Positions 32,614-42,185 of a DNA stretch of 56,588 nucleotides are shown here, in pieces. Location of the stretch: assembly GCA_041736915.1 (NCBI GenBank), contig JBGSST010000238.1:1-56588 (forward strand), given 5' to 3'. The translations under genes and the position numbers were made by a program. This stretch comes from Bdellovibrionota bacterium. Lineage in GTDB: Bacteria > Bdellovibrionota > FAC87 > UBA2466. Position 1 is the first letter of the stretch. Each line of letters begins with the position of its first letter. The notes beneath the pieces are model-generated. The model saw only the letters and a list, made by a program, of their open reading frames with translations. It searched no databases and had not been told where the DNA came from.

Positions 32614-34113
32614 TTGATAGAATCAGCCGTGCTTCACTTTACTCTGCCTTGGGTGATTATCCTCGGTTGGCTCACTAGTTGCTCGCTGTCGCCACTCTCT
32701 AGTCGCATTCAAGTTCGCTTGCCAGAGTCGTTGCGCATCAATCCCGAACTAAATGAGATGACCCATTTCGCGGTGGCCATCTCCGAAGGAATAGCCAATT
32801 CGGTGAGCGCATCGGACACGCAGGGGCGCGATATCAGCTGCCTTAAAACGGTGGGGCAGACTACTTTCCCGCTCACACTGTCCCAATTACTGAGCGGGGT
32901 CTCGATTTCGGTTCCCGTGGGAACGCATCACATCGCTATCCTAGGATACAGCGGCACTACCGCCAGCCACCCCACACTCGCCTCCCTTTTCGCGCAGCGG
33001 CCGGTGGCAAAATCATTCGTCGTTGCGGAAGGTGACTTCAACACCGTGACCGACACTTCGGTACGGCTCACTTCCAGCTACGATAAAAACACCGCCACCG
33101 ATCGGCTGGTGTATTGCCCGTTACCGCCCGAAGGCGCCCAAGGGGCTCTCCTAGTGGGAGACACCGCGATGCGTTTCAAACTGCAGGAAGGGACTTGGGT
33201 TCGTACGGATATTGGCTCGGGCGTGGTTTCGGTGCCCGGATTCCACGTGGATGTTTCAGGGGTGGCGCACGCTAGTTTTTCTTTCGGAAGCTCTGTGGGC
33301 TATGGCAACGACTCCGCTGGCTCTTTCGGGAACGCATTGATACCTACTGCCATTGGGCCGACATCACTCGCGGTTGCGAGTAATGGAGAGGTTTGGGTTG
33401 CGGCCGCCGTTGACGTCGACCCTTCCCAAGTTGGAGCGTACTTGGCGGGGGTTGGATATTCTGCCACCGCCTTGAACTCTGGAGGAACGCCATTTGAAAC
33501 AGCCCATTTGCGTGCCGGCCCCGATAATCGGCTATTAGCGTTTGGCCGAGGAAACCGGGTGCTTAGAGTCGCTACCCGCACTTCGGGATCGTGGTCCGCC
33601 ACGACAAGCTTCTCTGCGGCTGGCGCTCATAGTTGCAGCAATGTTCTTGATTCCGAACAGGGGGCATTCGATCCGCAGGGGCATGCGCATCTAGTATTTC
33701 GCTGCGACAACAGTACCTCGCGCCTGGGCTACGCGACGAATCGCTCCGGCTCCTGGCAGAGCTATATGCTAGGAGACGAAACGGTCGTGGGTCCGACTTC
33801 GATTGCGATCGATGCGGCGGGAAATCTCCACATTTTCTATTCGGCAACTCAGACTATAAAATACACGACTGCATCTGTCCCCGATTACGTCTTCACGGAG
33901 CCCACGGAACTGTACACTCACAGCGATACTATGGTCGGCATCGTGGTCAGTGCGATTTCTCCCACCCGGTTTCGGGGCTGGTTCCACAGCGCGGGCGTTT
34001 CTGATCCCTCGGTCTATGCGTTTGAATATCAGGACGCCGAATTCTCCGGACCCCAACTCGTCTATACCGCGACCACCAGCATGGGCATGACCCCCATTCT
34101 GTTTACCTATTGA
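32614..34113 (+). CDS. Hypothetical lipoprotein (repetitive beta-rich)
   Basis: TTG start with lipobox-like WLTSC. Recurrent ...DAAGNLHIFY / SNGEVWVAA / DPQGHAHLVF strands. No family recognised. Confidence 0.6.
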   Translation: MIESAVLHFTLPWVIILGWLTSCSLSPLSSRIQVRLPESLRINPELNEMTHFAVAISEGIANSVSASDTQGRDISCLKTVGQTTFPLTLSQLLSGVSISVPVGTHHIAILGYSGTTASHPTLASLFAQRPVAKSFVVAEGDFNTVTDTSVRLTSSYDKNTATDRLVYCPLPPEGAQGALLVGDTAMRFKLQEGTWVRTDIGSGVVSVPGFHVDVSGVAHASFSFGSSVGYGNDSAGSFGNALIPTAIGPTSLAVASNGEVWVAAAVDVDPSQVGAYLAGVGYSATALNSGGTPFETAHLRAGPDNRLLAFGRGNRVLRVATRTSGSWSATTSFSAAGAHSCSNVLDSEQGAFDPQGHAHLVFRCDNSTSRLGYATNRSGSWQSYMLGDETVVGPTSIAIDAAGNLHIFYSATQTIKYTTASVPDYVFTEPTELYTHSDTMVGIVVSAISPTRFRGWFHSAGVSDPSVYAFEYQDAEFSGPQLVYTATTSMGMTPILFTY

Positions 34114-34173
34114 GGGTGTGGATCGAGGTTCGCCGCCCCTTCGCTTTGCTCAGGGTGGCCAACTGGGGAGGAA

Positions 34174-34250
34174 TGGTGGGCGGTATAGGGATCGAACCTA
34201 TGACCTCAAGCTTCGGAGGCTTGCGCTCTATCCAACTGAGCTAACCGCCC
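34174..34250 (-). tRNA. tRNA-Arg (anticodon CCG), CCA encoded
   Basis: The reverse complement GGGCGGTTAGCTCAGTTGGATAGAGCGCAAGCCTCCGAAGCTTGAGGTCATAGGTTCGATCCCTATACCGCCCACCA folds as a cloverleaf. Stems: acceptor 7 bp, D-stem GCTC/GAGC, anticodon stem CAAGC/GCTTG, loop CTCCGAA, T-arm ATAGG-TTCGATC-CCTAT. Confidence 0.92.
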
Positions 34251-34407
34251 ATGAAAAAGGGAGAAAAAGGGTTAACACAGGCCATCCCAAAAACCAATTC
34301 CCGGCTCGCAGGGGCCCAAGAGTGGCACTTTTCGGGTGGGGCGACCCGGCGGTTGGGCGTGAAAACGCTGGCCAACGCCTTGCACCGAGGCGGGCCGGGG
34401 GTTCTGT

Positions 34408-35607
34408 ATGCGTTTGCCGATTCGGGTGATCTTTTCTTTGTCTTTGGGCCTTTTGCTCTCCGCCTGTGGTGACTCGGGCAAGGTCAAATACGACATCAAG
34501 ATGCCGGTGAACGATCCGGCCAAGCTTTCTTCCGAAGCTCGGGCTATCTACGATGCGCTCGAGGCCGGGCAAGAGATCTCGTTCGACGACATCTCCCAAG
34601 CCCTGGCGAAAAGCCACGAAAGCCATTACGCGAACGGCACGTCGCGCGTCGGTGAAGTGATGGGGCTGATCGATGAGGCCAAAGGCAACGCGCCCGATGC
34701 CGATCCGCACAAGCGTAAGGTGCAGTACGAAGACTGGCTCACCAAGAAGAAAGGCGCGGCCGCCGTTTACAACCTCGACGCCAACACGATTTTTCACTTC
34801 CTGCTCGAAAACAAAATGCAGTGCTACTCAGGCACGGTGCTGAACCAGCTCGTGAACCGCAAGTCGGTCGATGCCAAGAAATTCCGCGAAGAGAACTGGG
34901 TAGCTATCTACGAGTCGGGGCACATTCTTTCCGGCTACCTCACGCAGGCCAACGGCAAATGGAATCTCTTCGGCATCGAGACGACCGCCGAAGGACAAGC
35001 TATGGTCGAGTACGGCCCGGTAGACGCCATCACGAGCGAATTCCGCCTCGTCGATGCGGAGTACTGGGCGCTGAGCGAGCTGTTCAAGTTTGATCTCAAA
35101 GACGCGGCGGCGACCGGCAACGCGGTTTTGGAGTACACCGCCAGCCGCTACGGCTTGGGCAGTAAACTCATGCGCATCGAAGGCACGCAAAGTGCGTTGA
35201 CCAAAATCAACCAGTCGCCGTTCAGCTTCGGTAACGCCAACGTGGAGCCGGGCGACCGCCCGCGCGGCCGTTTCGACCGGCGCGATCGCGGCTCGATCGT
35301 GGGGCCGAATCCCAATCCTCTGCTGGGCAGTTACCGGGAAACGGTGGTGGGCGTCGATCGGACCGCACTCGTGTCCGAAATCCAGCGCAACGCCCGCATC
35401 GCCGGGGAACAACGGCTGATAATGCCGAGCTCGGGCCCGTTCTGCCAAGAGTGGTCGCGGATTGGCTACAGTTACTCCGATAGCTTCTGCAAGACGGCGG
35501 GTGGCTGGGCATTCTACCTGACTGAGTCCACCAGCCAGCTTAGCCAGCTATCGGTCGAAGCGCTGACCGAGCTCAATAACGTACTCAAAGGGCTGGGACG
35601 ATTCTAA
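34408..35607 (+). CDS. Hypothetical lipoprotein
   Basis: Lipoprotein signal MRLPIRVIFSLSLGLLLSAC. 399 aa. No family recognised. Confidence 0.7.
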   Translation: MRLPIRVIFSLSLGLLLSACGDSGKVKYDIKMPVNDPAKLSSEARAIYDALEAGQEISFDDISQALAKSHESHYANGTSRVGEVMGLIDEAKGNAPDADPHKRKVQYEDWLTKKKGAAAVYNLDANTIFHFLLENKMQCYSGTVLNQLVNRKSVDAKKFREENWVAIYESGHILSGYLTQANGKWNLFGIETTAEGQAMVEYGPVDAITSEFRLVDAEYWALSELFKFDLKDAAATGNAVLEYTASRYGLGSKLMRIEGTQSALTKINQSPFSFGNANVEPGDRPRGRFDRRDRGSIVGPNPNPLLGSYRETVVGVDRTALVSEIQRNARIAGEQRLIMPSSGPFCQEWSRIGYSYSDSFCKTAGGWAFYLTESTSQLSQLSVEALTELNNVLKGLGRF

Positions 35608-35939
35608 AACTCGAACGTGTAGATGAACAACGTTCCGGTCCCAATCCCGATGCCGTCATAGAGCAAGTCGCGGCTATCGAACTTGGGATCGGAAAGCTCT
35701 TTGCTGACGGCCACGAGGCTCGCCAGGCCAATGGCCATGAACACGCTAAAACCGCGGTCCTCAATGCCCATCGCCTTGCACAGGCCGTAGGTGCCCGTCG
35801 TAATGAGGTGCGACACCCCCAGGTGGGCGGCCTTATCCGATTCGATTCCCCACGCCGGGCGGCCGAAAAGTGTCACGATCGCCAAAATTAAGATCAGACT
35901 GCGACGCACGCGAAGCTCCCTCGCGGGGGCATGGTGCAA
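35604..35939 (-). CDS. Small membrane/periplasmic hypothetical protein
   Basis: 111 aa with a signal/anchor LILILAIVTLFGRPAWG and hydrophobic segments. DKAAHLGVSH is reminiscent of YfiM/DUF2279-type proteins (weak). Confidence 0.5.
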   Translation of the reverse strand: MHHAPARELRVRRSLILILAIVTLFGRPAWGIESDKAAHLGVSHLITTGTYGLCKAMGIEDRGFSVFMAIGLASLVAVSKELSDPKFDSRDLLYDGIGIGTGTLFIYTFEF

Positions 35940-35948
35940 GGGGCGATC

Positions 35949-37118
35949 CTAAAGCGGCTCGTCTTCGCCGCCGAGCCTTTCGAGCTGCCGCATGCACCAG
36001 TGCCGGGCCCCGGCGGCCAGCTTAAAGGCCTCTTCGGCGTTGCCTTCCTCGCGGTAGCCGCGGGCGCGGCGGTGGGCCTCGGCGATCCGTAACGAGGCGG
36101 TAGTATCGAAGGTGCGATCGGAGTTGGCGGCCAAAAACAAAGCGGCCGCGCTCCATTTCGTCATCGTCTTGGCGTAAGGAATGTTCACTTCTCCGGGAAG
36201 GTCCGAACCTTCATGGTAGTGCGGGTAAGTTTCGATGAGACGGCCGCGGGCATCGCGCGCGTCTTCGGTAATGGCGAGCGACGGAATACCTTTGAACGTC
36301 GGTGGCAGGTTGTCCGAGTAGAAAGGCTCGAACGCGGTCATCTCCAAATTCAGTCCGGCTTTCTCGCTCGCTTTCTCGAGTAGCCTTTTCGCTTTTGGGA
36401 AAAGCTCGGCGCTGTAGCCACCGGTGTTCTGGCCCGTCGGCGAGTAACCGATCATATCGAGATTCATCACCAGGATATTCTTCTCCCCCTTGGCGAGACT
36501 CTTCTCGAAGAAATCTTCCGACCCTTGGTACAGCGGGGATCGTTCTTCGGCGTCGGCCAGCAAAAACCTTACGGTACGCTTCGGGCGTATTCCCGTTTTC
36601 ATGAACGCTTCGGCCGTGGAAAGTAGCGCGGCCACTCCCGAGCCATTGTCGTCGGCGCCCGGCATATACTTTCCCGTAGTGTCGTAATGGGCCACGTAGG
36701 TCACGATCTCGTCGGGCCGTTCGCTGCCTTTGATCTCCGCGACGATATTCACGCCCCCGGTTCGTCCCCCTTTGAAGAGCTGCCCAAACACCGTCTGGTC
36801 TTCTTTCAGTTTGAGCTTGAAGGGAAGGTGTTCGGGATTTTCGAAGCCCATTCCTTTGAGACGATCGGTGAGGTAGCGGCGGGCCTTCTTGAGATTGCCC
36901 GCGCGAAATCGATCGGTCATGACCTGGCTCCACCAGCCATTCGCCGGGGTAAAGCGCTCGGTGCCCGCCAAAACGTTCAGGTCGGTTTCGTACTGCCCTT
37001 CGTCGATAGCCTGCATCAGCCGATCGAGGCGCGTCTCCGCGCGCAAGGGGGCCGAACACAACAAGAGTACGGCGAGAGTGAATTTAAGCAGGACGGCCAC
37101 GTGGCCGTTAGTGTGCAA
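35949..37118 (-). CDS. M28 family metallopeptidase (aminopeptidase-like), secreted
   Basis: Signal peptide. Zn-ligand context VAHYDT...PGADDNGSGVAALL...LLADAEE...MNLDMIG...HYHEGSD. Confidence 0.85.
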   Translation of the reverse strand: MHTNGHVAVLLKFTLAVLLLCSAPLRAETRLDRLMQAIDEGQYETDLNVLAGTERFTPANGWWSQVMTDRFRAGNLKKARRYLTDRLKGMGFENPEHLPFKLKLKEDQTVFGQLFKGGRTGGVNIVAEIKGSERPDEIVTYVAHYDTTGKYMPGADDNGSGVAALLSTAEAFMKTGIRPKRTVRFLLADAEERSPLYQGSEDFFEKSLAKGEKNILVMNLDMIGYSPTGQNTGGYSAELFPKAKRLLEKASEKAGLNLEMTAFEPFYSDNLPPTFKGIPSLAITEDARDARGRLIETYPHYHEGSDLPGEVNIPYAKTMTKWSAAALFLAANSDRTFDTTASLRIAEAHRRARGYREEGNAEEAFKLAAGARHWCMRQLERLGGEDEPL

Positions 37119-37201
37119 GCGGCAGGCCCCGCCCTCACGGGCCTAGCGACCCGTGAGGACAGAGAGTCTACGATATAAAGACTGGTCGGCTGCTAAGCCA
37201 A

Positions 37202-37786
37202 TTACCAGCTACAAACCCAGGCGGCCGCTTTGCAGCCAGGAGTTTTGCCGTACTTGCACGCACGCATGGCATTGCTGACGGCCTGGTGCTTCGTGGTGTG
37301 GTAACCCCACGAAATTTTCTGGCCTTCTACGGACTGCGCGGCGGCGGCACAGCCACCCTGTACCCAAACCACCGGTTTGCAATCATCTACGCCGCAGTTG
37401 GCGGAGGCCGCGTTCGTGGCGCCGTTCTGCGAGTTGTAGGTCCACGCCACACCGAACACGTTGTTCTTCGGCGAGTACGCGATAGAACCGTACGTCGCGT
37501 AGTACGGAGCGTAGTTGTAGTACGGGTAGTACGAATAACCGTAAACCGGGTAGTTCCAGTAAGAGGTGTACGGATACCAGCCCCAGCCGGCGTACAGACC
37601 GTTACCGTAGTTATTGTGCCAAAAGCGCACGCCAGTACTGATGCGGATGTTACGGTGGTGATGATGGCCGTGGCCTACGTGAGCGTGGCCTCCGGCGTTG
37701 TGATTCGGATTCGCCTCGGCGGCGACCCCTACGAAAAATACCAAAGTGAAAATAACGAACAGCTGCTTCATATACCCAACCTCCAT
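37202..37786 (-). CDS. Secreted DUF4189-like protein with His-rich and Tyr/Trp-rich low-complexity N-terminal region
   Basis: Signal peptide MKQLFVIFTLVFFVGVAAEA. GGHAHVGHGHHHHR, then YAGWGWYPYTSYWNYPVYGYSYYPYYNYAPYY. C-terminal YGSIAYSP..GVAW....A...A...C....C..V.W..GGCAA pattern. Confidence 0.7.
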   Translation of the reverse strand: MEVGYMKQLFVIFTLVFFVGVAAEANPNHNAGGHAHVGHGHHHHRNIRISTGVRFWHNNYGNGLYAGWGWYPYTSYWNYPVYGYSYYPYYNYAPYYATYGSIAYSPKNNVFGVAWTYNSQNGATNAASANCGVDDCKPVVWVQGGCAAAAQSVEGQKISWGYHTTKHQAVSNAMRACKYGKTPGCKAAAWVCSW

Positions 37787-37928
37787 GTACGTTGATGAGA
37801 GCGCCTACAAACTAGAACGGAGCCGGGCGATCTTTCAATGTCTCTATTTTGTGATAACGCGTCGCATAATTGCCGAGCGCTCTGTCGACGTATAAATTAG
37901 TCCGTCATCATTCAAGGAGAACCCATAA

Positions 37929-38537
37929 ATGAAACATTTCGCGTTAGCTCTAGCTCTCGTATCCGGTTTCGCGTTTGGCGCGGAAACCTGGACGATCGAC
38001 GATACCCATTCCACTGCTCGCTTCAAAGTGAAGCATCTGCTCGTGACGAACGTCTCGGGTGAAGTAGGTGGCGTGCAGGGTGCGTTCACGGTTGATGGGG
38101 ACGACCTCACCAAAATGACCATCGACGCCAAAGCCGACATGCGCACCATCAATACGAACAACAAGAAGCGTGACGAGCACCTTCGGGCCGACGATTTCTT
38201 CAGCGCCAAAAAGCATGCTTGGACCACGTTCAAATCCAAGTCCGTCAAAAAAGAGGGAAGCAAGTATTTGATCACCGGCGACCTCACTTTGCGTGGCGTG
38301 ACCAAAGAAGTGACCCTCGAGTCCGAAGGTTTGACTCCCGCCGTGAAGGATCCGTGGGGCAGCCTCCGCCGTGGTTTCACGGGCACTACCAAGATCAACC
38401 GCAAAGACTACGGCGTGTCGTTCAACAAAACGTTGGATAACGGCGGAGCGGTGGTCGGTGACGAAGTGACCGTCGAGATCGAAGCGGAGCTAAAAACCGA
38501 CGCCCCCAAAGAAGCCAAGAGCGAAAAGAAGAGCTAA
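37929..38537 (+). CDS. YceI family (polyisoprenoid-binding) periplasmic protein
   Basis: Signal peptide. WTIDDTHSTARFKVKHLLVTNVSGEV...LTLRGVTKEVTL...INRKDYGV is typical of YceI. Confidence 0.9.
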   Translation: MKHFALALALVSGFAFGAETWTIDDTHSTARFKVKHLLVTNVSGEVGGVQGAFTVDGDDLTKMTIDAKADMRTINTNNKKRDEHLRADDFFSAKKHAWTTFKSKSVKKEGSKYLITGDLTLRGVTKEVTLESEGLTPAVKDPWGSLRRGFTGTTKINRKDYGVSFNKTLDNGGAVVGDEVTVEIEAELKTDAPKEAKSEKKS

Positions 38538-38566
38538 CCGTTTTCGCCAAGGCTCACTCACTATCG

Positions 38567-38606
38567 ACGCCGGCCTCACCCTTTGGGAGAGGCCGGCGTT
38601 TTTTTT
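38567..38606 (+). terminator. Rho-independent terminator (11-bp stem ACGCCGGCCTC/GAGGCCGGCGT + T8)
   Basis: Read directly downstream of the yceI-like stop. Confidence 0.85.
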
Positions 38607-38712
38607 CGTAGGGGTAGCGTTTGCCCATAGCCTTCCGCGCTATCCTCCGTAGCCGATTGACCGGCGTAGCGAACACATGGTGTCTCCCAATGCATTCCAG
38701 GGAGGGAATCGT

Positions 38713-39090
38713 ATGAAGAATCATTTGTTGGCCATCGTGGCCTTTGTTTTCGGCGTAGCCGGTTTTGCGAGCGCCGAGGAGCTACTGCTGAAACTCGACT
38801 ACCGGGTAAAGGCGAACCGTTCGTACCAAACCAATTTCAAACGCGTAAATGACGGCCCGGTGGCGGTGAACCGCATCCGTCTGGCCACGCGTGGTGAGTA
38901 TTGCAACCTCATGATCTCGAAGGTCGAGTACTTGGTGCGCAACCACTCGGTCGCTCAGCGGGCGGTCTACACCGGCTGGTCGGGAACGTACGACATTCCG
39001 GCCGGCGTGATGAGCTCGGTCAATGTTCATTTCCGCCAGACGCAGTATCGGCACGCGGACTGTGAGCTGCTGGTTTACGGCGTTTACTAG
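38713..39090 (+). CDS. Small secreted hypothetical protein
   Basis: GGAGGG lies 6 nt before ATG 38713. Signal peptide MKNHLLAIVAFVFGVAGFASA. Confidence 0.6.
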   Translation: MKNHLLAIVAFVFGVAGFASAEELLLKLDYRVKANRSYQTNFKRVNDGPVAVNRIRLATRGEYCNLMISKVEYLVRNHSVAQRAVYTGWSGTYDIPAGVMSSVNVHFRQTQYRHADCELLVYGVY

Positions 39091-39139
39091 TACATCATCG
39101 GGCACGGGCCGGCCTTTTCGCGAGGAACGGCCGGTCGGC

Positions 39140-39976
39140 TCAACCGCACTTCAGCATCATCGCGCCGGTCACGATCGTAATGATGGCGCCTACCTTAAGC
39201 GGCGTCGCTTTTTCGCGCAAAAAGACGAAGCCCAGGATGCAGCCGAAGACCACCGAGAATTCGCGCACGGCGATCACCGTCGAAGCGGGAACGGTTTTGA
39301 AGAGTATTAGGATCAATAGGTAGCTCAAGAAAGATCCCGCCCCGATCACCGCGCCCACGGCCCAGTAAGCGCGGCCCGCTTCCATCACGCGGGCTAGCCG
39401 GTTTTCGCGCAGAAACAGGAATAAAAACAGGAACGAGGAAAAATACATTCCCCACAGGTACGTCAGCGGCGAGATATGGGCGCCGGATATTTTTCCGAGG
39501 TAGAACGCGATCCCGAGCAGCAGGCCAATCAGCGCCGAGTAAAGTACGCCCCGGCTTTCTGCCCCTTTGAACGAAGGAAAGGCCAAGCAGCTCGTTCCTA
39601 AAGTAACCGCCACGATTCCCGCCACGGAAAGCGGGCTCCACGATGGTGGGCGAAACAAGGATTCCAATACGAAGATGGCGAGAACGCCTAAGCCCCGGCT
39701 CAGCGGATAGACCAACGTAAGGCTCGCCACCTGGTAACCGAGGTATAGCAGCGCCACTTAAATCGCCTGTATTAAACCGGAGACGTGGGCCATCCCAATT
39801 CCGGTAAGGGAAGGAACCGACGTCTCGAAAAACAGGGCGGGCAGGAAAACCAGCGACGCCATCCCCAGCCCCACCGTCACGATCTCGAGCTTCTGCGGCG
39901 CCTTCTTGGCGTAAAAATTCCACCCGGCGTGAAGCAGGGCGGACAAGGTCACCAGAATGAATTGGGAGAGTAGCAA
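39140..39976 (-). pseudogene. DMT/EamA-family transporter interrupted by an in-frame TAA at 39758-39760
   Basis: Track ORFs 39758..39976 and 39140..39757 are contiguous and in the same frame. The joined product (~278 aa, ~10 TM) reads ...SGLIQAI*VALLYLGYQVASLTLVYPLSRGLGVL..., collinear with EamA-type transporters (VYPxxRG motif). Confidence 0.7.
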
Positions 39977-40066
39977 CGGCTTACTATACCAGAGTCAGCT
40001 TTACCTCTGCGCAAGGTGACTTTGTCCGACGATCGGGCCATAAATTCTAAAAAGCGAGAGGGGCTC

Positions 40067-40486
40067 ATGAATCAAACGATCAACACCAATGGCAAATGCT
40101 TGTGCGGCGCGGTAACGGTTGAGGTGAAAGGCGCCAAGCCTACCTTCGGCGCTTGCCACTGCGGAATGTGCCGCACCTGGGGCGGTGGTCCGCTACTCGC
40201 CGTGGATTCCATTCATGAAGTGAAGTTTACCGGTCAGGACTCCGTCGGTGCTTTCAAGTCGTCCGACTGGGCCGAACGTGGCTTTTGCAAGAAGTGCGGC
40301 ACGCACCTGTTCTACAAGCTAACCCAAGCGCAAAAGTACATTTTGCCGCTGGGGCTTTTGGCCGATGCCGCGCGCTTCGAGTTCGACCATCAGGTCTTCA
40401 TCGATCACAAGCCAGCTAACCACGACTTTAGTAATCGCACGGCCACCATGACGGAGGCCGAAGTCTTTGCCAAATATGGGGCCTAA
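40067..40486 (+). CDS. GFA (glutathione-dependent formaldehyde-activating / CENP-V-like) family protein
   Basis: Zn-Cys motifs CLCGAV, CHCGMCR and CKKCGTHLFY. ATG 40067 is preceded by GAGAGGGG. Confidence 0.85.
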   Translation: MNQTINTNGKCLCGAVTVEVKGAKPTFGACHCGMCRTWGGGPLLAVDSIHEVKFTGQDSVGAFKSSDWAERGFCKKCGTHLFYKLTQAQKYILPLGLLADAARFEFDHQVFIDHKPANHDFSNRTATMTEAEVFAKYGA

Positions 40487-40617
40487 CGCTTTCACCGCTC
40501 CACCACTTCCCGTGTTCCGTAAGTGTCTGAAACTATAAAATTTAGTCGTCCGGTGGGGCAGGCCGCCTCCTTAAGGCTTGCGGCCCAACTCGCTTCTCTC
40601 CTATAAGCCCAGCTCAT

Positions 40618-42144
40618 ATGCAGACTCGCGTTCTTACTCTCCTTGCGGCAACGCTACTGGCGTCGATGGCGCAGGCGCGTTTGGAGGTCTTATTGGCGGA
40701 CTCGGCCGAGAAGGGCTCGGCCCAAAGCTGCTCTCACTACCTATCCGTGGGTTACGACGAGGCCACTTTCTACAGTCACATCAAGGAGGTGAACGCTAAA
40801 GTCATGGTGATGACCCGGGCCGAGGTACGTGACATTTACCGCGCGATCCACATCGCCCCCGAGGCCGAGCTTTTAGCGATGGACCTGGAGGAAAGCGACT
40901 TTCCCGCGCAAGCGGTCATCTACCTCCGCAGCGTTAACGATGAGACCGGCAAGGTGGAGGGGATCATGCGCTTGGTCTCCGGCCGGGAAACCGGAAAGCA
41001 CTATTTCAACAACCTGTTCAGTCACCGGAGTGCGGGCCATTCCGCCTCTCCGTTGCCGATTTATCAAAAGTACTCCGATCCGCTTTCTCGGCGTTTTCTG
41101 AAAGAAAATTTTCCCAACTCTTTCGAGATGGGCCGGGTGGTGTTCGCCAAAGGGGTGAACGAGTTTAGGGTGTTAATCGATCTGGGCACGCTAGCCACCC
41201 TCTTGATGTCCACTAGCGATCCCAATCGCCAAGGGTCACTCATCGTCGAGGCGGTTCCCCAGGCGCAGCACCGTTACGAAAATCTGGGGCTACGGGTGAT
41301 CCCGTCGCCGATTCCCATTAAAGAGGGGCGGGTCCTTATGGCCGCCACGGTGCGGGACCTCTACGATCGTTATCTGGGGCGCGCGCGGAAGGCGAAGTTG
41401 AAGTTTGATAGCGCCCATCCTTTAGATGAGAAAACCCGTAGCGCCGCCCGCGACGAAATCGATGCGGCGATTCAGGCCTTTTCGCAAAGTTCCGCCTTAA
41501 ATCGGTTTTACGCTTACGGATTATTCCTGCGGGCCCAGATGGCCTACGATCAACGCGACTACATCACCATGCTAAAGGACGCGCGGGAGCTTCTCCGGCG
41601 TAATCCCGATGTGCCCAACTACCTTGTGTTGCTCCTGGCCGCCGAAGTCGGCAGTCGATTCGATATCCTGACGGGGGAGGGCGATGCGGCCGCGGCCTTG
41701 GCGTTTCTCGCTCAAAGCACCGTTCAGGAACAGTTCGCCGACGAGCGGCTTCCTCAGGATGGTAGCCATCCGGGGCTCATCGATTTCTATCGCGGTCTGA
41801 TCCATCTTTCTTCGGGCAACTACTCCGCCGCGGCGACCGCCCAGCGACAGATATCCCTCCACCCCCAGCTGGTTCAAGGCCGCCGGGTTCCGTTAGAGAT
41901 TTTGGGGGAGGCCGAAGTCGATACGCTTCGACGCCACTGGTTTGATCCCGAAAACTTTGACGCTCTTCAGGTTGACCGAGATTTGATTCGCATAGGGCTA
42001 CGTACCCAGATGCTGTCATTCCCCTTGGGCTTAACGAGCGCCTACCACGAGTATGCTGCTCACGCCCACCGGGCGCTTGGTTTTGACGCCGAGGCGGCAA
42101 AGCACGCGGACATGGCTTCCGCTCTCCGAATAAAAACCGAGTAA
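40618..42144 (+). CDS. Secreted hypothetical protein (possible GNAT/N-acyl-synthase-like N-domain + TPR-like C-domain)
   Basis: Signal peptide MQTRVLTLLAATLLASMAQA. The FEMGRVVF...IVEAV...YENLGLRV pattern is weakly acyltransferase-like. The C-terminus is helical and repeat-like. Confidence 0.6.
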   Translation: MQTRVLTLLAATLLASMAQARLEVLLADSAEKGSAQSCSHYLSVGYDEATFYSHIKEVNAKVMVMTRAEVRDIYRAIHIAPEAELLAMDLEESDFPAQAVIYLRSVNDETGKVEGIMRLVSGRETGKHYFNNLFSHRSAGHSASPLPIYQKYSDPLSRRFLKENFPNSFEMGRVVFAKGVNEFRVLIDLGTLATLLMSTSDPNRQGSLIVEAVPQAQHRYENLGLRVIPSPIPIKEGRVLMAATVRDLYDRYLGRARKAKLKFDSAHPLDEKTRSAARDEIDAAIQAFSQSSALNRFYAYGLFLRAQMAYDQRDYITMLKDARELLRRNPDVPNYLVLLLAAEVGSRFDILTGEGDAAAALAFLAQSTVQEQFADERLPQDGSHPGLIDFYRGLIHLSSGNYSAAATAQRQISLHPQLVQGRRVPLEILGEAEVDTLRRHWFDPENFDALQVDRDLIRIGLRTQMLSFPLGLTSAYHEYAAHAHRALGFDAEAAKHADMASALRIKTE

Positions 42145-42185
42145 AGGGCGGCAGAGGGGTTTCCTCCACCGCCCCATCCCACTGA

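Noticed and set aside
32038-39760. Stop-codon reassignment or pyrrolysine/selenocysteine-type recoding as an explanation for the two in-frame stops.
   Set aside because: The two interruptions use different codons (TAG and TAA). TAA, TAG and TGA all terminate well-supported genes in this window. No recoding machinery or signals are visible.
42145-42185. GGGCGG...CCGCCC hairpin between convergent genes as a bidirectional terminator.
   Set aside because: The stem is only 6 bp with a ~17-nt loop, and there is no T/A-run on either side. This is too weak to call.
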